NCBI RefSeq assembly: GCF_036321535.1
Contig: NC_087437.1
Span: forward strand, 96,040,001-96,104,000
Direction of reading: 5' to 3'
Length of the DNA: 64,000 nucleotides
From: Camelus dromedarius
Lineage: Eukaryota
In this document: positions 28,216-42,371 of the stretch, piece by piece
Numbering within the stretch: position 1 is the first letter of the stretch
Layout of the letters: each line of letters starts with the position of its first letter
The notes under the pieces: model-generated
Told to the model about the DNA's origin: nothing
Database searches by the model: none
The model's input: the letters and a program-made list of their open reading frames with translations, nothing else
Translations under genes and position numbers: made by a program

Positions 28216-29130
28216 TACGCAGCATGTAGTTGGGTCTTTTTTTTTTTTTAAATCCATCCAGCCAGTCTTTTAAGAATTATTTTTCCCATTTACATTTAAA
28301 GTAATTGTTGACAGGTTTGGACATAACTATTGTCATTTTGCTAACTGCTTTCTGGCTCTTTTGTAAGTCCTTTGTCCCTTTCTTCTTCTCTTGCTCCCTG
28401 CCTTTGTGATACGATGGTTTTCTTTTAGTGGGATGCTTAGATTTCTTTCTCTTTATCTTTTGTGTATCTACCATAGGTCTTTGTTTTGCAGTTACTGAGG
28501 CTTACATAAAACATCTTATTTTTTATAGCAGTCTATTTTAGGCAAAAATAACTAGAGTTATAAGTAGTGTACCTATCACTGTTATGATATTAGGGTATTC
28601 TAAATTTTTAACTACATATTTACCTTTACCAGTGAGTTTTATATTTTTACATGTTTTCATGCTAAAATTACCATCCTTTCATTTCAGCTTCTGAAATATC
28701 TGTTGGGGGCTTATTAGAACTGCTTCTTTGTTTGCTACAGTCCTGTGGATCTTGTGGACATATATCCCTTCAGTCTTCAGAGCTAGGTGTTTTAGGGTTC
28801 CATCCCCTGAGTGAAAGTCTACAAAGGTGGAGTGTTAGACATACAGTCTAAACCCTTTGCTTTTCATGGAGAATCTGGGAGTTGGAGCTTTCCTCCTGAT
28901 TGCATGGCACTGTGACGGGAGTGGGTTTTATGAGGAGAGTACATCTCAGCCTTTTCTGTTCATTTCAATGTGGGTATTTTCCCATTCCCCTGATGTGTAG
29001 GAGCCACTCAGCTAGTTTGTGGATTTCTTTTAAAGGGAATTGTTCCATGTGTCACTGTAAAGTCAGTGTGTTCATGGAAAGGAAAAGTTTAGGTGACTCC
29101 TATGACACTATCTTGGTCCCTCTCTTCCTG
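28216..29130 (-). mobile_element. L1 inter-ORF/ORF2 start and 5' region fragments
   Basis: ccatttacatttaaagtaatt is the antisense of the ORF2 'ITLNVNG' start; Lys-rich spacer; L1 5'-like sequence follows. Confidence 0.65.
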
Positions 29131-29264
29131 CTTCTTAACATTAGTGTTAAACTTTCCTTACCCAATGATAGCAAAGATATCTCAACACTTCTGTAAGTTT
29201 CTATCAGGTATTGTGTTTCATTTCATTATCTGCAAGATGCTAGGGAAAAAGCATACAATTTTGT

Positions 29265-29730
29265 GTAGGTTATCAAGTGCAACATAGCAAATCACCCGTC
29301 ACGCAAAACAAAGATTGTTTATCCTTTCAGCTCACACATCTGTAAACACCACAGACAGTTGGTCTAGGCTGAATTTAGCTGGGTTGACTGAATTTACTCC
29401 TCCGCAGTTTGCTAGTCTGAGAAAATTCTGTTCTTTACTGCTTACTCTGGGCAGCTTACCCAGAGAGGTTCTCCTCTTCATGTCTCATTTTCTTTCTGGA
29501 ACCAGAAGACTGGCTGAGAATGTTCTTCTGCTGGCAATGAGAGAGCCACAAGTGATCAAGTCCCATTGCATAAACTCAGATCAAACTTTGCTTGTATCAT
29601 GAATGCTGGAATTCCATTGGTCAAGGCAAGTGCCACAGATAAACTCAGTTCACCAGACAATAGTAGGAAACCCTATAAAGGGCATGGATTCAGGGAGATA
29701 CGAAGATTTTAAGTCAGATATGCAATATAT
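29265..29730 (-). mobile_element. MLT1-type MaLR LTR
   Basis: aatgttcttctgctggcaatg, attccattggtcaaggcaagt motifs. Confidence 0.6.
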
Positions 29731-29945
29731 CAAAGACTGGAAATTAGACAAAGCTAGGTGTAACTGGCAGCCCAGCCAAATTCCAGCTGTGTGATATTGA
29801 ATTTAGTTTGTTTCAACAGGAAAGCAGGGACGGTTGTACATACAAATAAGACCATTTGTGTGATTATAAGAATTAAATGAGATAATATAAAACGTGTGAA
29901 GACAGCATAATGAAAATTTTCAATATCAAAATGCATAAGCAAATA

Positions 29946-30181
29946 TAATTGATCCTTGAACAACATGTATTTGAACTGTGCAGGTCCACGTACATATGGA
30001 TTTTTTTCCATAGTCAATGCTACAGTGCTACACAACCCAACACTGTTTGAATCCACAAATGCAGAACTGCAGAAATGGAGGAAACACATATGGAGAGCCT
30101 ACTATAAATTATACAACTATTAGTTTTGACTGCACAACAGGGAGGCAGTCTAACCCCCTCGTTGTTCTAGGGTCAAATGTA
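29946..30181 (+). mobile_element. TcMar-Tigger MITE (Tigger2a/MER8-type)
   Basis: Terminal inverted repeats ttgatccttgaacaac / gttgttctagggtcaa with TA flanks; about 235 bp. Confidence 0.8.
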
Positions 30182-32719
30182 AAAATCTGGAATGCCATGC
30201 CCTATGTAACATCAAATATATGTTAATTTAATCCACAACAAGTTAAGAAAATCTAATTTTATTCAACACAGTTTGGGAGTTGACAAGTTGAAAATTTACT
30301 CCTTTGAGAAAGATACACATATCAATGACAGCTTGGATATCTATTAATAAATCTACTAGTCTAAAAGGTGATTCTGTGCCCTTTACAGAAGTGGTAATAT
30401 ATTATTCAGCCAACAACTGATTATTTACCAACAATTTTTAATTTAAGGTTAAGCTACAAAGTTCCTTCCCTGTGATTTGAAAGCAAAATACCTGAATTTT
30501 CATATAAATTTTATGTAATTATGAAGTGTTCAATGAGGCCTGAACAAATGATACATTATCCTTAATTTTCTTTGTCTTGCAATGGCCATAATTAATAAAT
30601 ATATGGAAAAATGTATTAACTCACATTGAGGCATAAGACTCACATCTGTCTCTTGGATTTCAATCAATAGCACTGGTTTTAAAATTGAAAGCATTATTCC
30701 TGATGTAATCAGTCTCTAACTTACAGTTGTTGTACATGGCTCCAGCTGAGATCAAGCAGGCTGTGCTGTTCCTTGAGAACTTTCCTGTGTAACTTTAAAA
30801 CTTATTTCAAGGAGTTGGAGTAACCGAAAAATTAAGGATTAAGGATTTTTCTCTCTTTTCCTTTTCATTTAAATGGCTCCTCAGGGAAGATGGATTGGAC
30901 TGGGGTGGGTTATAATTCCTTTTTCTACAATGTTCATGACATGCACTAATGAAAATGTTCACCTTTATGTTCCTCTTGATTATAACCAAGAAATTTTTGA
31001 TGCCACATAGGCATAAATTTTTGTTTCTTGATTGGAAAAGGGCAGGCTGGTTGTGGAGTCTAATTGCTGAAAGATGAAATTTGAGAACTGGAGGTCATTG
31101 TGAAGTTATAATTCTTTCCCACATCCTGACAAATAACTAAAATTCTATTTTTTAAAAATTTGAGGTTAAGCTTTATTTTCTGAGGTTACCACTTTTATTA
31201 GCACTTTCAAAAACAACTACCTACATACATAATGAACCTCAATAGAAAAGTCATCTTCCAACATAATATAAACATATGTGTGTAAGTTGGCTGAAGCACA
31301 CATTTCTGAGATCCTTAGCAGTAAAGAGCCAACTGGGGGAAAAAAAAAGCCAGCAAGGTTCTTTTGACTCTTCCACTATTGAAAGTAATGCACTTACTAA
31401 CAGACAACATTAGAGATCGGCTAGAGACCCAGAAAGGTGACTGATGTTTGATTTGTTTCCTTTGTCTAAAATGTGAGATGTGACATTCATGTGCAGGTAG
31501 AGGTCATGAATAACTGCAATCAAGAATGAATCAATTATATAAGAAAATGTTTTATCATAACTATATTGTCATTTTATACTGTAACAGAATACATATATTC
31601 CTTGTGATATTAGAAAGTTTCCAAACTTTCAATTCTCTAAGCTTTCAATTTCTCTAAACTTCAAATCCTTCAAATCCTTAAGTGAACCCATTTACCTAAC
31701 AATTTATCTATGTGTCCATCTATCTAATGCATATGGAATAAAACTTACTTCATCTAAGACTTTACCAAGGTATTATAATGGTTATCGAACACTCAGCTTG
31801 CTAGGGCAGGTGACTTAGAAGTTAGTTGCTTCTCCAATCTCCAAAAAACAAGAGGGTAATTCTCCACCTTTCTCATTTGCAGGCTTAGTCTGAGGATCAG
31901 ATGAGATTACGAACAACAGCAACACTTTGTAAGCTGTGAGATCTGAGTTACTAGAATATAAAGGAAATATGTTTTGTTTTGATATTTGTGATATAGTGGA
32001 AAGGCTACAGGCTCTGGGGTTAAATAAATAAATCTCATTGGTTCTTTCATCTATGAAATGGGAAGAAAAACACATTTGGATTTGAAATGGTATTTGGAAA
32101 GCATCTAGTGGATTTCCTGAAATATAACACGTACTCAGTAAGTGATTATTATTACTATTAATATCTTGAAATGGATGAAGACATGATCTGAATGAGGAGA
32201 CAAAGTAGCAGGCAATTTCCAGTATATGCACGACTCAAAATTAGACAGGTTTACACGACACTGACAAAATTGCCCATTGAGAAACAGGATCACAGGCAGT
32301 GGCTGGGAAGACAGGAGGACAAGCGCAGCGCCTCAACGGGGAAGGAAGCATCAAGGTTAGAGAGTTCAGGGAAAGCTTCTTTTTGTAATAAGGGAGCCAA
32401 TGCAAGTCTGAAGATTGTCACAGTGCCTGCACGAATATGACCAAGGTTCGGGGGAAGAAGATGTTGAGATATCTGGGAGCATCTATATTTCTGTGCTTCA
32501 GTCTAGGTCCTTCATCATCCAGCAAAGAAACAAATCTGCTGATTGACAATAACATCCATTATTTTACATAATTATATAACTGCGTATTATGGACATTTAG
32601 TACATGTATACCCATATGCAATGTATTTAATCTTTTATTACAATTTTTAAAGTCCTTTGTATTTTGAAATTCTTTTATCACCACCCTTGATTGTGTTTTC
32701 CAAGAATCAGACTACCTAC

Positions 32720-33015
32720 CTGCTGTCATGTGCATTAATCCAGGCCTTTGTTCTTATCGTCCACCTGCATGAAACACCTTTTTATTTTCTATGTTTGCTC
32801 AATTCTTACCATCTTTTTAAGCCCCAACTGAAAGCTGAGTTTTTCCATGAAACTTCCTCTGAATTCTCCAATATACTCTAATCCCCTTTTTCTCTGATCT
32901 TCTATTGACCTTAAGCCGTAATACTCCACTTAGCACATGCCCCATCTCTAATCTTGTCACATTATGTTAATCTTGTCATTTCATTAAGCTTGTAAATCCC
33001 TTGTGAGCACAGACT
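32720..33015 (+). mobile_element. L2 fragment
   Basis: gcctttgttctt...aagccccaactgaaa...tgaaacttcctctga...tgtaaatcccttgtgagcacagac. Confidence 0.6.
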
Positions 33016-33029
33016 GAGGAAAAGTGAGA

Positions 33030-34110
33030 ATTTATTCTCTCTAACTCCATTCTATCTTCTTTCAAGTTGAAGAAACTAGAAAGCTAAAAACATTCCTAGA
33101 CTTTCTGGCCACTAAGATTCCAGAAGAGAATTGGGTTCCACCAGTTGGGTTTACTTTGAGAAGAAATGGAAGGTAGGAATGAGGCAAAGTCATTCTCTTG
33201 CACCTCACTGGTTATGCTGGAGAGCAATGGTATAACCATGCGTTGCTTTTCTGTGGTAAAGTTCTTTCATCCATTCTCCATCCATTCTTACCAGACACAT
33301 GTGCCTCAGTAGCAGGAGCTACTGTGGTGGTGAGTTTTTCATCTTTTCTGCCTCATTAACTTATAGGGGTGCCTTTTTAAACTCTCAGCAATAGTGAAAA
33401 TCTCTACATCAGCAACACCAGTAAAAATTAATAAACAGAAACTTCAATTAAAGTACAATTGGGAGACAAAAAAGGGGAAGCTCTTTTTCCCTAATGAGAT
33501 AGCAGAGCCCAACAGGAAGAAGAAAGACTTCCTCTTCTTGCCTGTCAACAGTTCAGCTAATGAGAGATTGTCACAGCTCAGCCAACAGAAAACCAACTCT
33601 AGTTTGAACTCTCAGTTGTTCCGACTGACTCTGTTTACTTTAGCCCCCCCAACTTCCTTTTTGCCTCTTGAAAAGATCTCTCCTCTCTTCCCTGTGTGGG
33701 GACTTGCCTGTAGAGGAAGACAGGAAAGCAATGAAAGTCAGCACTGGTGCCCAAAGGGCCAGGGAGAGAATTTGTGCCTAGACCATGGTGAGTAGAAGCT
33801 TAGACAGGCTCACAGTCAGTGTGGAGAACATCAGAAACGCTGGTGGTGAACTGTGGCTGGGATTAGAACTTTTGTGTGGAGAAGCAGAAGCTCAAAGCTA
33901 GTAAGACTGCAGTAGCAATGCAAAGGTGACCTAAATTGCACCCATGAGTTAGGGAGGGCTGGAGAAACTTGGTTTACGAAGAGTTTGTATGTAATTTTCC
34001 ATTTCTCTGTTTTTCTGGAATGAAGCCATACTACCCTTATACAGGATTCTTTCAAAAACCCAGCAATCCATACCCACCAAATATTCATCTTTCCTATGGT
34101 TCCATTCAAA
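33030..34110 (+). mobile_element. Cluster of ERVL/ERV LTR fragments
   Basis: LTR16/LTR33-like motifs flanking a distinct LTR-like block at about 33395-33715; families uncertain. Confidence 0.45.
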
Positions 34111-34609
34111 AGAGAAGAAAACTTTTATATAAATACACATTGGGTAACAAGAAGCAAGCATCTAATCCTGTATGTCATGTACTAAACAAATTAATTTCAA
34201 AGAACGTCAGTTTATTCTGCTATAAAATGGAAGATATTAATCCTATCATTAATATAGGCTAAAAGGATTAAATGAGACAGTATTTGTGAAAGACATGGGT
34301 AGAAAGCTCTATAAAAACACAGTGGGAAATAATTATTTGATTGACTAGCTGTCCCCGGTCAGAAACCAAACAAGAGTCTGCCCTTCAGTGCATACATTTA
34401 AGTAGAACAGCCTGTGGCTGAGTAGAAAGATATGATTTATACATTTAGTAATTCCATTAGCACTTACTCTTAACCAGACCCTGTATCATCTCTGGTTTTA
34501 AAGAGCTACTTGATATGCTTAATGCTAAATAATTCTGGAACCCATCTACCCACATTTAGATAATGGGTTCTAGTCTTACATAATCCCTAACCAGTTCTAA
34601 TGAGGCATC

Positions 34610-34826
34610 TCTTCTAAGCAAAAAGGATTTTTACAAAAAATCCAAAAATTAATGTTTTAGGTATTGTGGGCCATGTGATCTCTGTTGCATTGACCCAACT
34701 CTACCATCGTATCAGGAAAGCAGACACAGATAATATGTTAACAATGACTGTTTTCTGATGTACGTTATTTAAACGAACAGATCAGCCAGGATTTGGCCCA
34801 AAATCTTAAGTTTGTCAACCCCTGGT
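34610..34826 (+). mobile_element. MER58A-like hAT element
   Basis: tgtgggccatgtgatctctgttgca...gatttggccca...agtttgtcaacccctg. Confidence 0.7.
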
Positions 34827-35527
34827 TAAACAATTAAAAAATACAAGATATTTTGATGAGTATGTGTATATAGTCTAAAGAGCTCTCATATATCTTGTTT
34901 TAAAATATATTTATTTTACAAGTGAAAAGCATTCCAAATATATATGTAAATCATAGATGGATAGATCTACAGACAGACAGATAGACATGTAGTTTAAAAC
35001 TAACCCCGTATCCCACTTCCCACAGTAAAGACCTGTTATTATTTTATTATTTTACATATTATGCTTCTAGAGTCAAAGAAAAAAGAAAGAATATAAGTTA
35101 CAGATAAAATAAAGTTCATTTGATTGCTACCAAAAGTCACATTCTCTTTACACTCTCTCTCCTTGAGGAAATCATTGTGACGATTTTGATGAATATGTTT
35201 TTGGATTTTAAAAATATTTAAACTGCATATTTATATGAATATAAACCTATCCAGAATATATCCATAAACAATATACAGATTTTATTTATATATGTGGACA
35301 TGTCCATCTGCCTTTTTTAAATCTATAGAAATGTATATCCCTAACAGTAGTATATAAATAGACTTGTTTCCCCACATTCAAGCAAACACTTGATGTCATC
35401 ATGTTTTTCATTTTTGTCAATTCAATGGAGGAAATAAAATTCAATTTTTGATCTTTGTCAATTTGATGGAGTCAATTCAATCAAATCTCATTGTTTTAAT
35501 CTACATTTTCTAATTACAAATTAATTT

Positions 35528-36100
35528 AAAAGACACATACACCACAATGTTCTTAGCAGTACTATTTACAACAGCCAAGACATGGAAACAACCCAAATGT
35601 CCATCAATAGATGATTGGATAAAGAAGTTGTGGTACATATATACAATGGAATACTACTTAGCCATAAAAAGAATAAAATAATGCCATTTGCAGCAACATG
35701 GGTGGACCTAGAGATTATCATACTAAATAAAGTAATTTAGACAAAGACAAGTATCATATGATATCACTTACATGTGGAATCTAAAAAAACTGACACAAAT
35801 GAACTTATTTACAAAGCAGACTCACAGACATAAAAAAAAAAAACTTGCAGTTACCAAATGGGAAAGAGGGGAAGGGATAAATTTGGAGTTTGAGATTAGC
35901 AGATACACAAAATAGATAAACAATAAGGTCCTACTATATGTAACAGAGAAATAACTACATCCAGTACTTTGTAGGAACCTATAATAAAAAATGTGAAAAA
36001 GAGTATATATATATATATAAAACTGAATCACTATGTTGTATGTCAGAAACTAACACAATATTGTAAATCAACTATACTTATATTAAATAAATAAAAAATG
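35528..36100 (+). mobile_element. L1 3' end (ORF2 C-terminus plus 3'UTR), artiodactyl/camelid type
   Basis: acaatgttcttagcagtactatttacaacagccaaga, aatgccatttgcagcaacatgggtggacctagag, aatcaactatactt followed by an A-rich tail. Confidence 0.9.
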
Positions 36101-36171
36101 TGGTTTTTAATATATCAATTATAGCAATAAAGCTGTTTAAAAAAAACTAAAAAAATTATCATGTGTATTGG

Positions 36172-36720
36172 CTGTGGAAGGCCAAATAATGCCCCTTCAA
36201 TGTCCTTTCCCCAAACCCCAGAACCTATGAATGTTACTGTACATGGAAAAACAGACTTTGCAGATTAAGGCTAAAGACGTTGCAATTCAGAGATCATCCC
36301 AAACTATTGGAGTTTACCCAATCATATGAACTCTGAAGAGCATAAAAATGGAAGAAGAGTCAAAGTAATTCAATGTGAGAAGAACTCCATCTACTATTGT
36401 TGGCTTTAAAAATGGAGGAAGGGGACCATGAGTCACAGAATAAAGCATCTTCTGAATCTGGGAATGACTCTCAGTTTGTAGCTTGCAAGGAAATGAGAAC
36501 CTCAGAACTGCAACCTTAAGGAACCGAACTCTGCCAACCACCTGAATGTGTAGGAAACACTCTCCCAGAGCCTCCAGAAAGGGAATAGCCTGGTGATGAC
36601 CTGATTTTAGTGTGCTGAGAACTATGTCAGACTTGTGACCTCAAAAACTATAAAATAATAAATTTGTGTTGTTTAAGCCACTGAGTTTGTAGTAATTTGT
36701 TATGGTAACTATAGAACTGG
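36172..36720 (+). mobile_element. MLT1D-like MaLR LTR
   Basis: gaacctatgaatgttac...gactttgcaga; ccagagcctccagaaagg; ttgtttaagccactgagtttgtagtaatttgttatgg. Confidence 0.85.
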
Positions 36721-37026
36721 ATGTTAGCATGTATTCTTTTGTAACTTACCTGTTCTTATCATTTGCCCATTTTTCTATCAGGTTTTGCTTATTAATTAGT
36801 AGTTCTTTGTACACTTGGTTTAATTATCCCTTGTTATATAGTCTCTATTATATTAGTTGCAGAATCTTCTCTAGGTCTGTCACTTGTCTTTTAACTTTAT
36901 TTACAGCTGTCTTGATATACAGATGACTTTCATTTAATGTAGTAAAATTTACCAAAGTATATCCATTAAGAGTATGCTTCTGTTGTATTAAGAAAACATT
37001 GTTTCATTATTAAAAGGTAACTAAAA

Positions 37027-37180
37027 GGGGGGAGGGTATAGCTCAAGCTGTAGCACGCATGCTCAACATGCTCGAGGTCCTGGGTTCAATCCCCAGTGCC
37101 TCCATTAAAAAAATAATTAATTAAATAGACCTAATTAACTCCCCTTCCAGCAAAAACATAAATAAATAAAAATTTAAAAA
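37027..37180 (+). mobile_element. tRNA-derived SINE, Vic-1-like (camelid)
   Basis: ggggagggtatagctcaag (A box), gggttcaatcccc (B box), A-rich tail; near-perfect TSD taaaag(g/a)taacta at 37011-37023 and 37181-37193. Confidence 0.85.
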
Positions 37181-38754
37181 TAAAAGATAACTAGACTATG
37201 TGCTGATTTGATCAGTAAGGAGACTTCTAGGTTGAGTGCTGACAATGTAAATTGGTTTCTTTTAATTGCATGCAATAAGATACAGGAAATAAGAGATGAA
37301 AAGAAAAAAATGAAATTCTAGTTTCTAGTAGTTACCTACTATAACATTGTTTCTATCTTATTATCTTACACAATATAAAACTGACATTTTGTGACCTAAA
37401 CAGTAGACTATGGGCAATTTCACATGATTTCACATATATATTCTGTGTCCAAATATTCAAATTTCTTCATGGATTCTTGTCAAGGTTTATAGTTTTTTAC
37501 ATAGGTTGTGAAAAATCCTCATTCAGATCATTTGAATTCCCTCACTAGATTTTAACTGTTTTATAGGTTATTTGAAAAATTTTTTTAAAAAAATTTAAAG
37601 TTACCATTGAAAGCTACACAGTGAAATACTCTGCATTGTCAGGCAAGATGTCTCTGTGAGGAATGTGCATCTTTTTTGACCTTAAGTCCCAGAGCCTTGG
37701 AACTAAGACTAGACTTGCAGAGTCTAGCGCCTGTGACTTAAATCATATTTGTATATTACCACCATTATGCAATCCAGTAATTTTCCACATCAGACTTATC
37801 CAGGGTTCTACTTTCTTTTTCAGCCTATGCCCATTTAAGTGCAGAAATGCAAGCTATTATTACTTGAAAACTGGATTTGAAACATTTTGTGTCATTATGA
37901 TAGTTGCTGTTGTTGCTTTTTCATTGAAATCAGGCAAAGAAGGGAGTCAAATCCAAACACTAGCCCTTGTCAGCTGCTGGGTAGGGATTGGCCTCAAGTC
38001 TCTCTCACACAACATGCTATGCTACTTTGTGGATTTGGTAATGTAGATATAATTTCTGTTACCTAGTGCAAGGTTTTATATATTAAACCAGTGGGAGGCA
38101 GAGGCTATAGAGAGCTTTCTATATTTAATGAAGCTCTTCATTATCTGGGGATGTGATCCGGGAAATACCTAATACATTTGCTTCAAAGTCCAAATTCTGT
38201 GGTGGCAGATGGGATTAGTCTAAGAAGACCCAGAAGTCAGTTCTCTTTCTGAAGAAATAATAATTATGATGAATATTGTTATTACAATGATTTCTTTCAT
38301 CAAGGATCTAAGTATTTTATTAACCAGAGTTACAGGCTGGTATAATTTCAAGTAAAAATAGAGCTCTTTTTTTTTTCTTCCTGCTGACAAAGATTTCTAG
38401 GTTAGCATTAGAGCACATTTTAATCATGACCATCTTTCACAGGTTAGACAAAAGGGAGAGGTTAACCAGAATTTAGACAGAAACCAGTACATGATTCAGT
38501 AATTTGGGATTGCTTAACATTTTCATGCCAGTTAAATACCAGTTAGTCTACTCATTAGTGAATATCAATACACAATGGTATCTTGAAGACTTAATGGATG
38601 AATTGAGGAGCATTTATTTCTGTTTTCTGAAGTATAGTCTACTGAAACTTACTCCAAGATGCACTAAGGGATAAAGAAATAGATGCATTTGAAAACTGGT
38701 CCACATATATAATATATAGAGTATGGATGTATACATATGTATATATATAGTCAT

Positions 38755-38930
38755 AGTACAAATTAACATTTTAAAAGTTCGCAGAAATACTACAATAAAG
38801 AAATTTGTCTGACTTATTTAAACCAATTTTTTTCCAAATTTTTGACCACATTTCTTCTATCTTGAATAATACTTGTCAATACCCTTAGAAATGACATATC
38901 CAGAAAATACACATTATGAAACTCTGATTT
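38755..38930 (-). mobile_element. MER103C-like hAT fragment
   Basis: acattttaaaagttc...acaataaagaaatttgtc...ccaaatttttgacca. Confidence 0.5.
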
Positions 38931-40856
38931 ACTTGTTTTTTACAAATTGATGAGCTGTGAATCCTAAATATTCAATTTCTTGTTCTAGATGTTTTAAAAT
39001 ATATTTTATTTTAAATTCTGGCCATGATTTGAATATAATGAAAATAATAGATGTCCAAATATTTTTGCTTCACCCCTTTCCATTCCAAACGATGAAATTG
39101 GCTACATCAGTTATACTGCTTTCAACCACTTTAAGTTGGACAAGAAAATGACCTTTTTCTTCTTTAAAAAGAAAACAAAGAAAAGAAGTTCATAACATTC
39201 CTCCCCATCTGTTTACCAACTAAACATAATGGTGAGTCACTTTTTTTCCTATGAACAGCAAAATTACTAGTGCATAAAGACAAAATGTCTGTTTTTAATC
39301 AAGAATCTGAACTCTTTGCCAGAATATTCTCAGATATCTTTTTAATTAATGCTATGACCAGGCTAAGGAGGTTAGAGTATATATGTAGCTATCTAGTTAT
39401 CTCGCTATGGTTTTTTCAAATAGATTTGAAAATCTATTTGGGGATATGCCAAACACTAAAAGAGATTTGTTGTATGTATGGCTATTATAATGCATATGCA
39501 GAAACTTACCTATCTGCAAATTACAGATAGGATGAGCCTAATTAGGGAGGAAATTATGATTTCAAACTTTTTCAATGAATGAAGTCATTATTTAAAGCAT
39601 TCAAAAACATTACACATAAGAAATCAATAATTGTATTTTCATTCATTCAAAAAAGTATTTATTAAGGGGCAGGCATACATATAAGACATTATGTTAAATA
39701 TTAGCTAAATGTCTAATTAAGAGAGACAAAGATGGTTAAATCCCAGATTCTCAAAATCATCATGCAACTGTTCAGATGCAGGTAGTTCCCACTGGGTATC
39801 ATGGTGTGGAAAGCACTCTAGGGAACACTTGATTATTGACCAGAGTCTGGCCTGAACTCTCTTTGTGCTCTCCTACTCTAATGAAGTCTACTTAACCATT
39901 TGTAAGCTTAGACTGGAGTCCAGAAAGAAGCCAACATTCCCAATGCAACATGATTTCAATTCTCAAAATTTTACCATCTTCATGAGTGGTAGAGTCAATC
40001 ACAAATAAAAGGAAGAAAATGGCATTTTTCCAAACTCAAAGAAGAACTAACCTAACCTATCAGCTTCTTGCTTTCTTCCATCTAGATCTACTATAATTCT
40101 GCTAGGTCTTTCTTCCAATAGTCTAGGTTAATTGTCATTTGAAAATCCCTTCCAAAATGGGAGGCAATCCCATCTACATTTCCAAGAGTTCCAAGAGAGA
40201 AGGGTAACCAAAGTGTTCCAAACAGAAAAATGGCCACTTGATGTGGAAGGAAGTCCTCTTAATTTCTTAGTCTGAAATCTTTAGATCCTATCACTATGGC
40301 CTATTTATGTCCTTGAGACTGGAGTTATGAATGGGGAAGTAGAATGTCATTGAATCCCACCAAGTGGTTATATATAAACCTTCAGGGAGCTTATGTTCTG
40401 GGAGTAGTTAGTGACTATCAAGTGAGACTACATTTTAGACTCTACAAATAAAAATGAGTCCCAAGCCCCACTCCATACTCTGTATTTTTTTCCCAGCACA
40501 CCCAGGTGATTTCTAAAACTGCAATATTTGCCAAATACAGGTGTTGGGTTGCCTCTGGTAACTTTAATATAAAACAAACTACAATGATAGTATCAAAGAG
40601 GTACAGAACATGATCTTTACTACCTGAGTTCTACTCAAAAATCAAGTGGATGAGGTTTCTATATTAAGGGAATATGTTTACAGGGCAAGCATATAGTGTA
40701 AAGTCACAGCATCTCTTCAGACATGGTGGGAGAGTTTATTAGCACAAACCAAGGAAAGAAGCTAGACTTTAGGTACAGGGTTAGGTTTAGGTTTAGGGTT
40801 CAGAACAAAAACTTACTGCTCAACAGAGGTTTTCATAATTGCTCAAGTGGGTCTAT

Positions 40857-41013
40857 GGAAGGAGAAGAAAGAGAAGGAAAGAAAAGAAAGAGAGAAAGGG
40901 AGAAGAAAGAGAAAGAAAGAAAAGAAAGAAAGAGAGAGAGAAAGGGAGAAGAAAGAAAGAAAAGAAAGAAAGAAAGAAGGAAAGAAAGAAAGAAGGAAAG
41001 AAAGAAAGAAGGA

Positions 41014-41089
<76 letters not shown>

Positions 41090-41110
41090 GAAAGAAAGAG
41101 AGGAAGGAAG
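40857..41110 (+). repeat. 254-nt pure-purine (GAAA)n/(GGAA)n microsatellite
   Basis: Only A and G from 40857 to 41110. Confidence 0.97.
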
Positions 41111-42371
41111 TCCCTAAATTAAAAAACTACACTGAGTATAATTTATGCTTTCATTCATAATTAATGGCCTCTGAATCTTCAGTATAAGTATCAATTCTTA
41201 CTGGCTTGGCAAAGTAGTAGTAAATATATCAAGAAGGTGAAATAAAAGATACATTTCCATTTCCCAGTCTGCCTCTTCCCACAACACATACGTGTAACAT
41301 ACGCCTAAATATAACAAAGCCCAGAGCTCTGCATGTCTGCGAATGAGAGCACGTCAGGATAATATGAGAGAATGTACAACTGGCTCATAATTTTAATACC
41401 TTTTTACTCTCTAATACTGAAAGGAGAAAGGGACTTTCAAAACATGTATTTTCAGCATTATACTATGTATGTAACATGTATATTACATATATACACACCT
41501 GATTTATTTATGCAATACTTCTAAAGAACCAGAGTAAAGATTTGTAAGTCTTCTGGGATGTAATGACATGTCAGGGAAGAAAATACATCTTAGGGGACAT
41601 TTTTTAACCATTGATGTTACTATAAGTGAATCTATGGCATGCCTCTAAATGAAAAACCTAATTTTTTTACTCAAATTTAAGTGACATAAGTTTAGATACA
41701 TTATAGGTCTGTGTATATTACACATTTGACAGATTTTAATAGGAAAATTAATAGTTCACCCAGAAAGAAAGTCAGCAAGAAGCTGCCATGGGAAACTGCT
41801 CCATCAGTGAATTCAAAATTGGAGCAAGTTCACGGATGTTTGGTCTCTGATAAGAAAGAGGTGCCAGTGATAATTTGCCTATGGTGACCTTTTAAAATAA
41901 TGTCAGTTCCCAAAGAACTACCACCATCTGGATGGTTGCTGGCTCTAAGACATAGACCTAAATTAGGTGTAGCAAGTAAGCCAGGATTATTTTAAACAAT
42001 GACAAACTGATCTTAATTTGTAATAGGACTGTGTGGGCTCCCTGCTTTATACCAATCACCCTCTCTCTGTGATTCCTAACTATCTGGGTAATAATAAGAA
42101 TTGGCTTTCACAGTCACTCTCATCACACACCCACCTACACCACATATGAGGAGATTGAGCCCCTGTTCCTTTTCTATCCCCAAATCCCTTCTGGACAGAG
42201 GTGCAGTAGAATAGGACACAAGATATATGATAGGTAACTACATGATTAATTGTTTACACCTAATTCTAGCAAAGTTATTAGGGAGAAACTATGGGTTTCT
42301 ACATACTTGGAAAGGGAAATGGAAATATATCTTAAAAGTTCTTACATTATATATGAAGTGGTATGTATATA

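Noticed and set aside
28277..28474. Lys-rich 65-aa ORF
   Set aside because: Decayed L1 inter-ORF/ORF2 start, not a host gene
31620..31680. Short tandem duplications (ctttcaattctctaa; cttcaaatc)
   Set aside because: Ordinary slippage duplication, not a spacer array
33394..34262. Cluster of overlapping 70-133 aa ORFs
   Set aside because: Lies in LTR-like fragments; no gag/pol/env motifs
37027..37105. tRNA-like gene
   Set aside because: The A-rich tail and TSD mark it as a SINE head; no intact cloverleaf or acceptor stem
40723..41160. Three Lys/Glu/Arg-rich ORFs (91-145 aa)
   Set aside because: Translations of the GAAA microsatellite, which cannot contain stop codons
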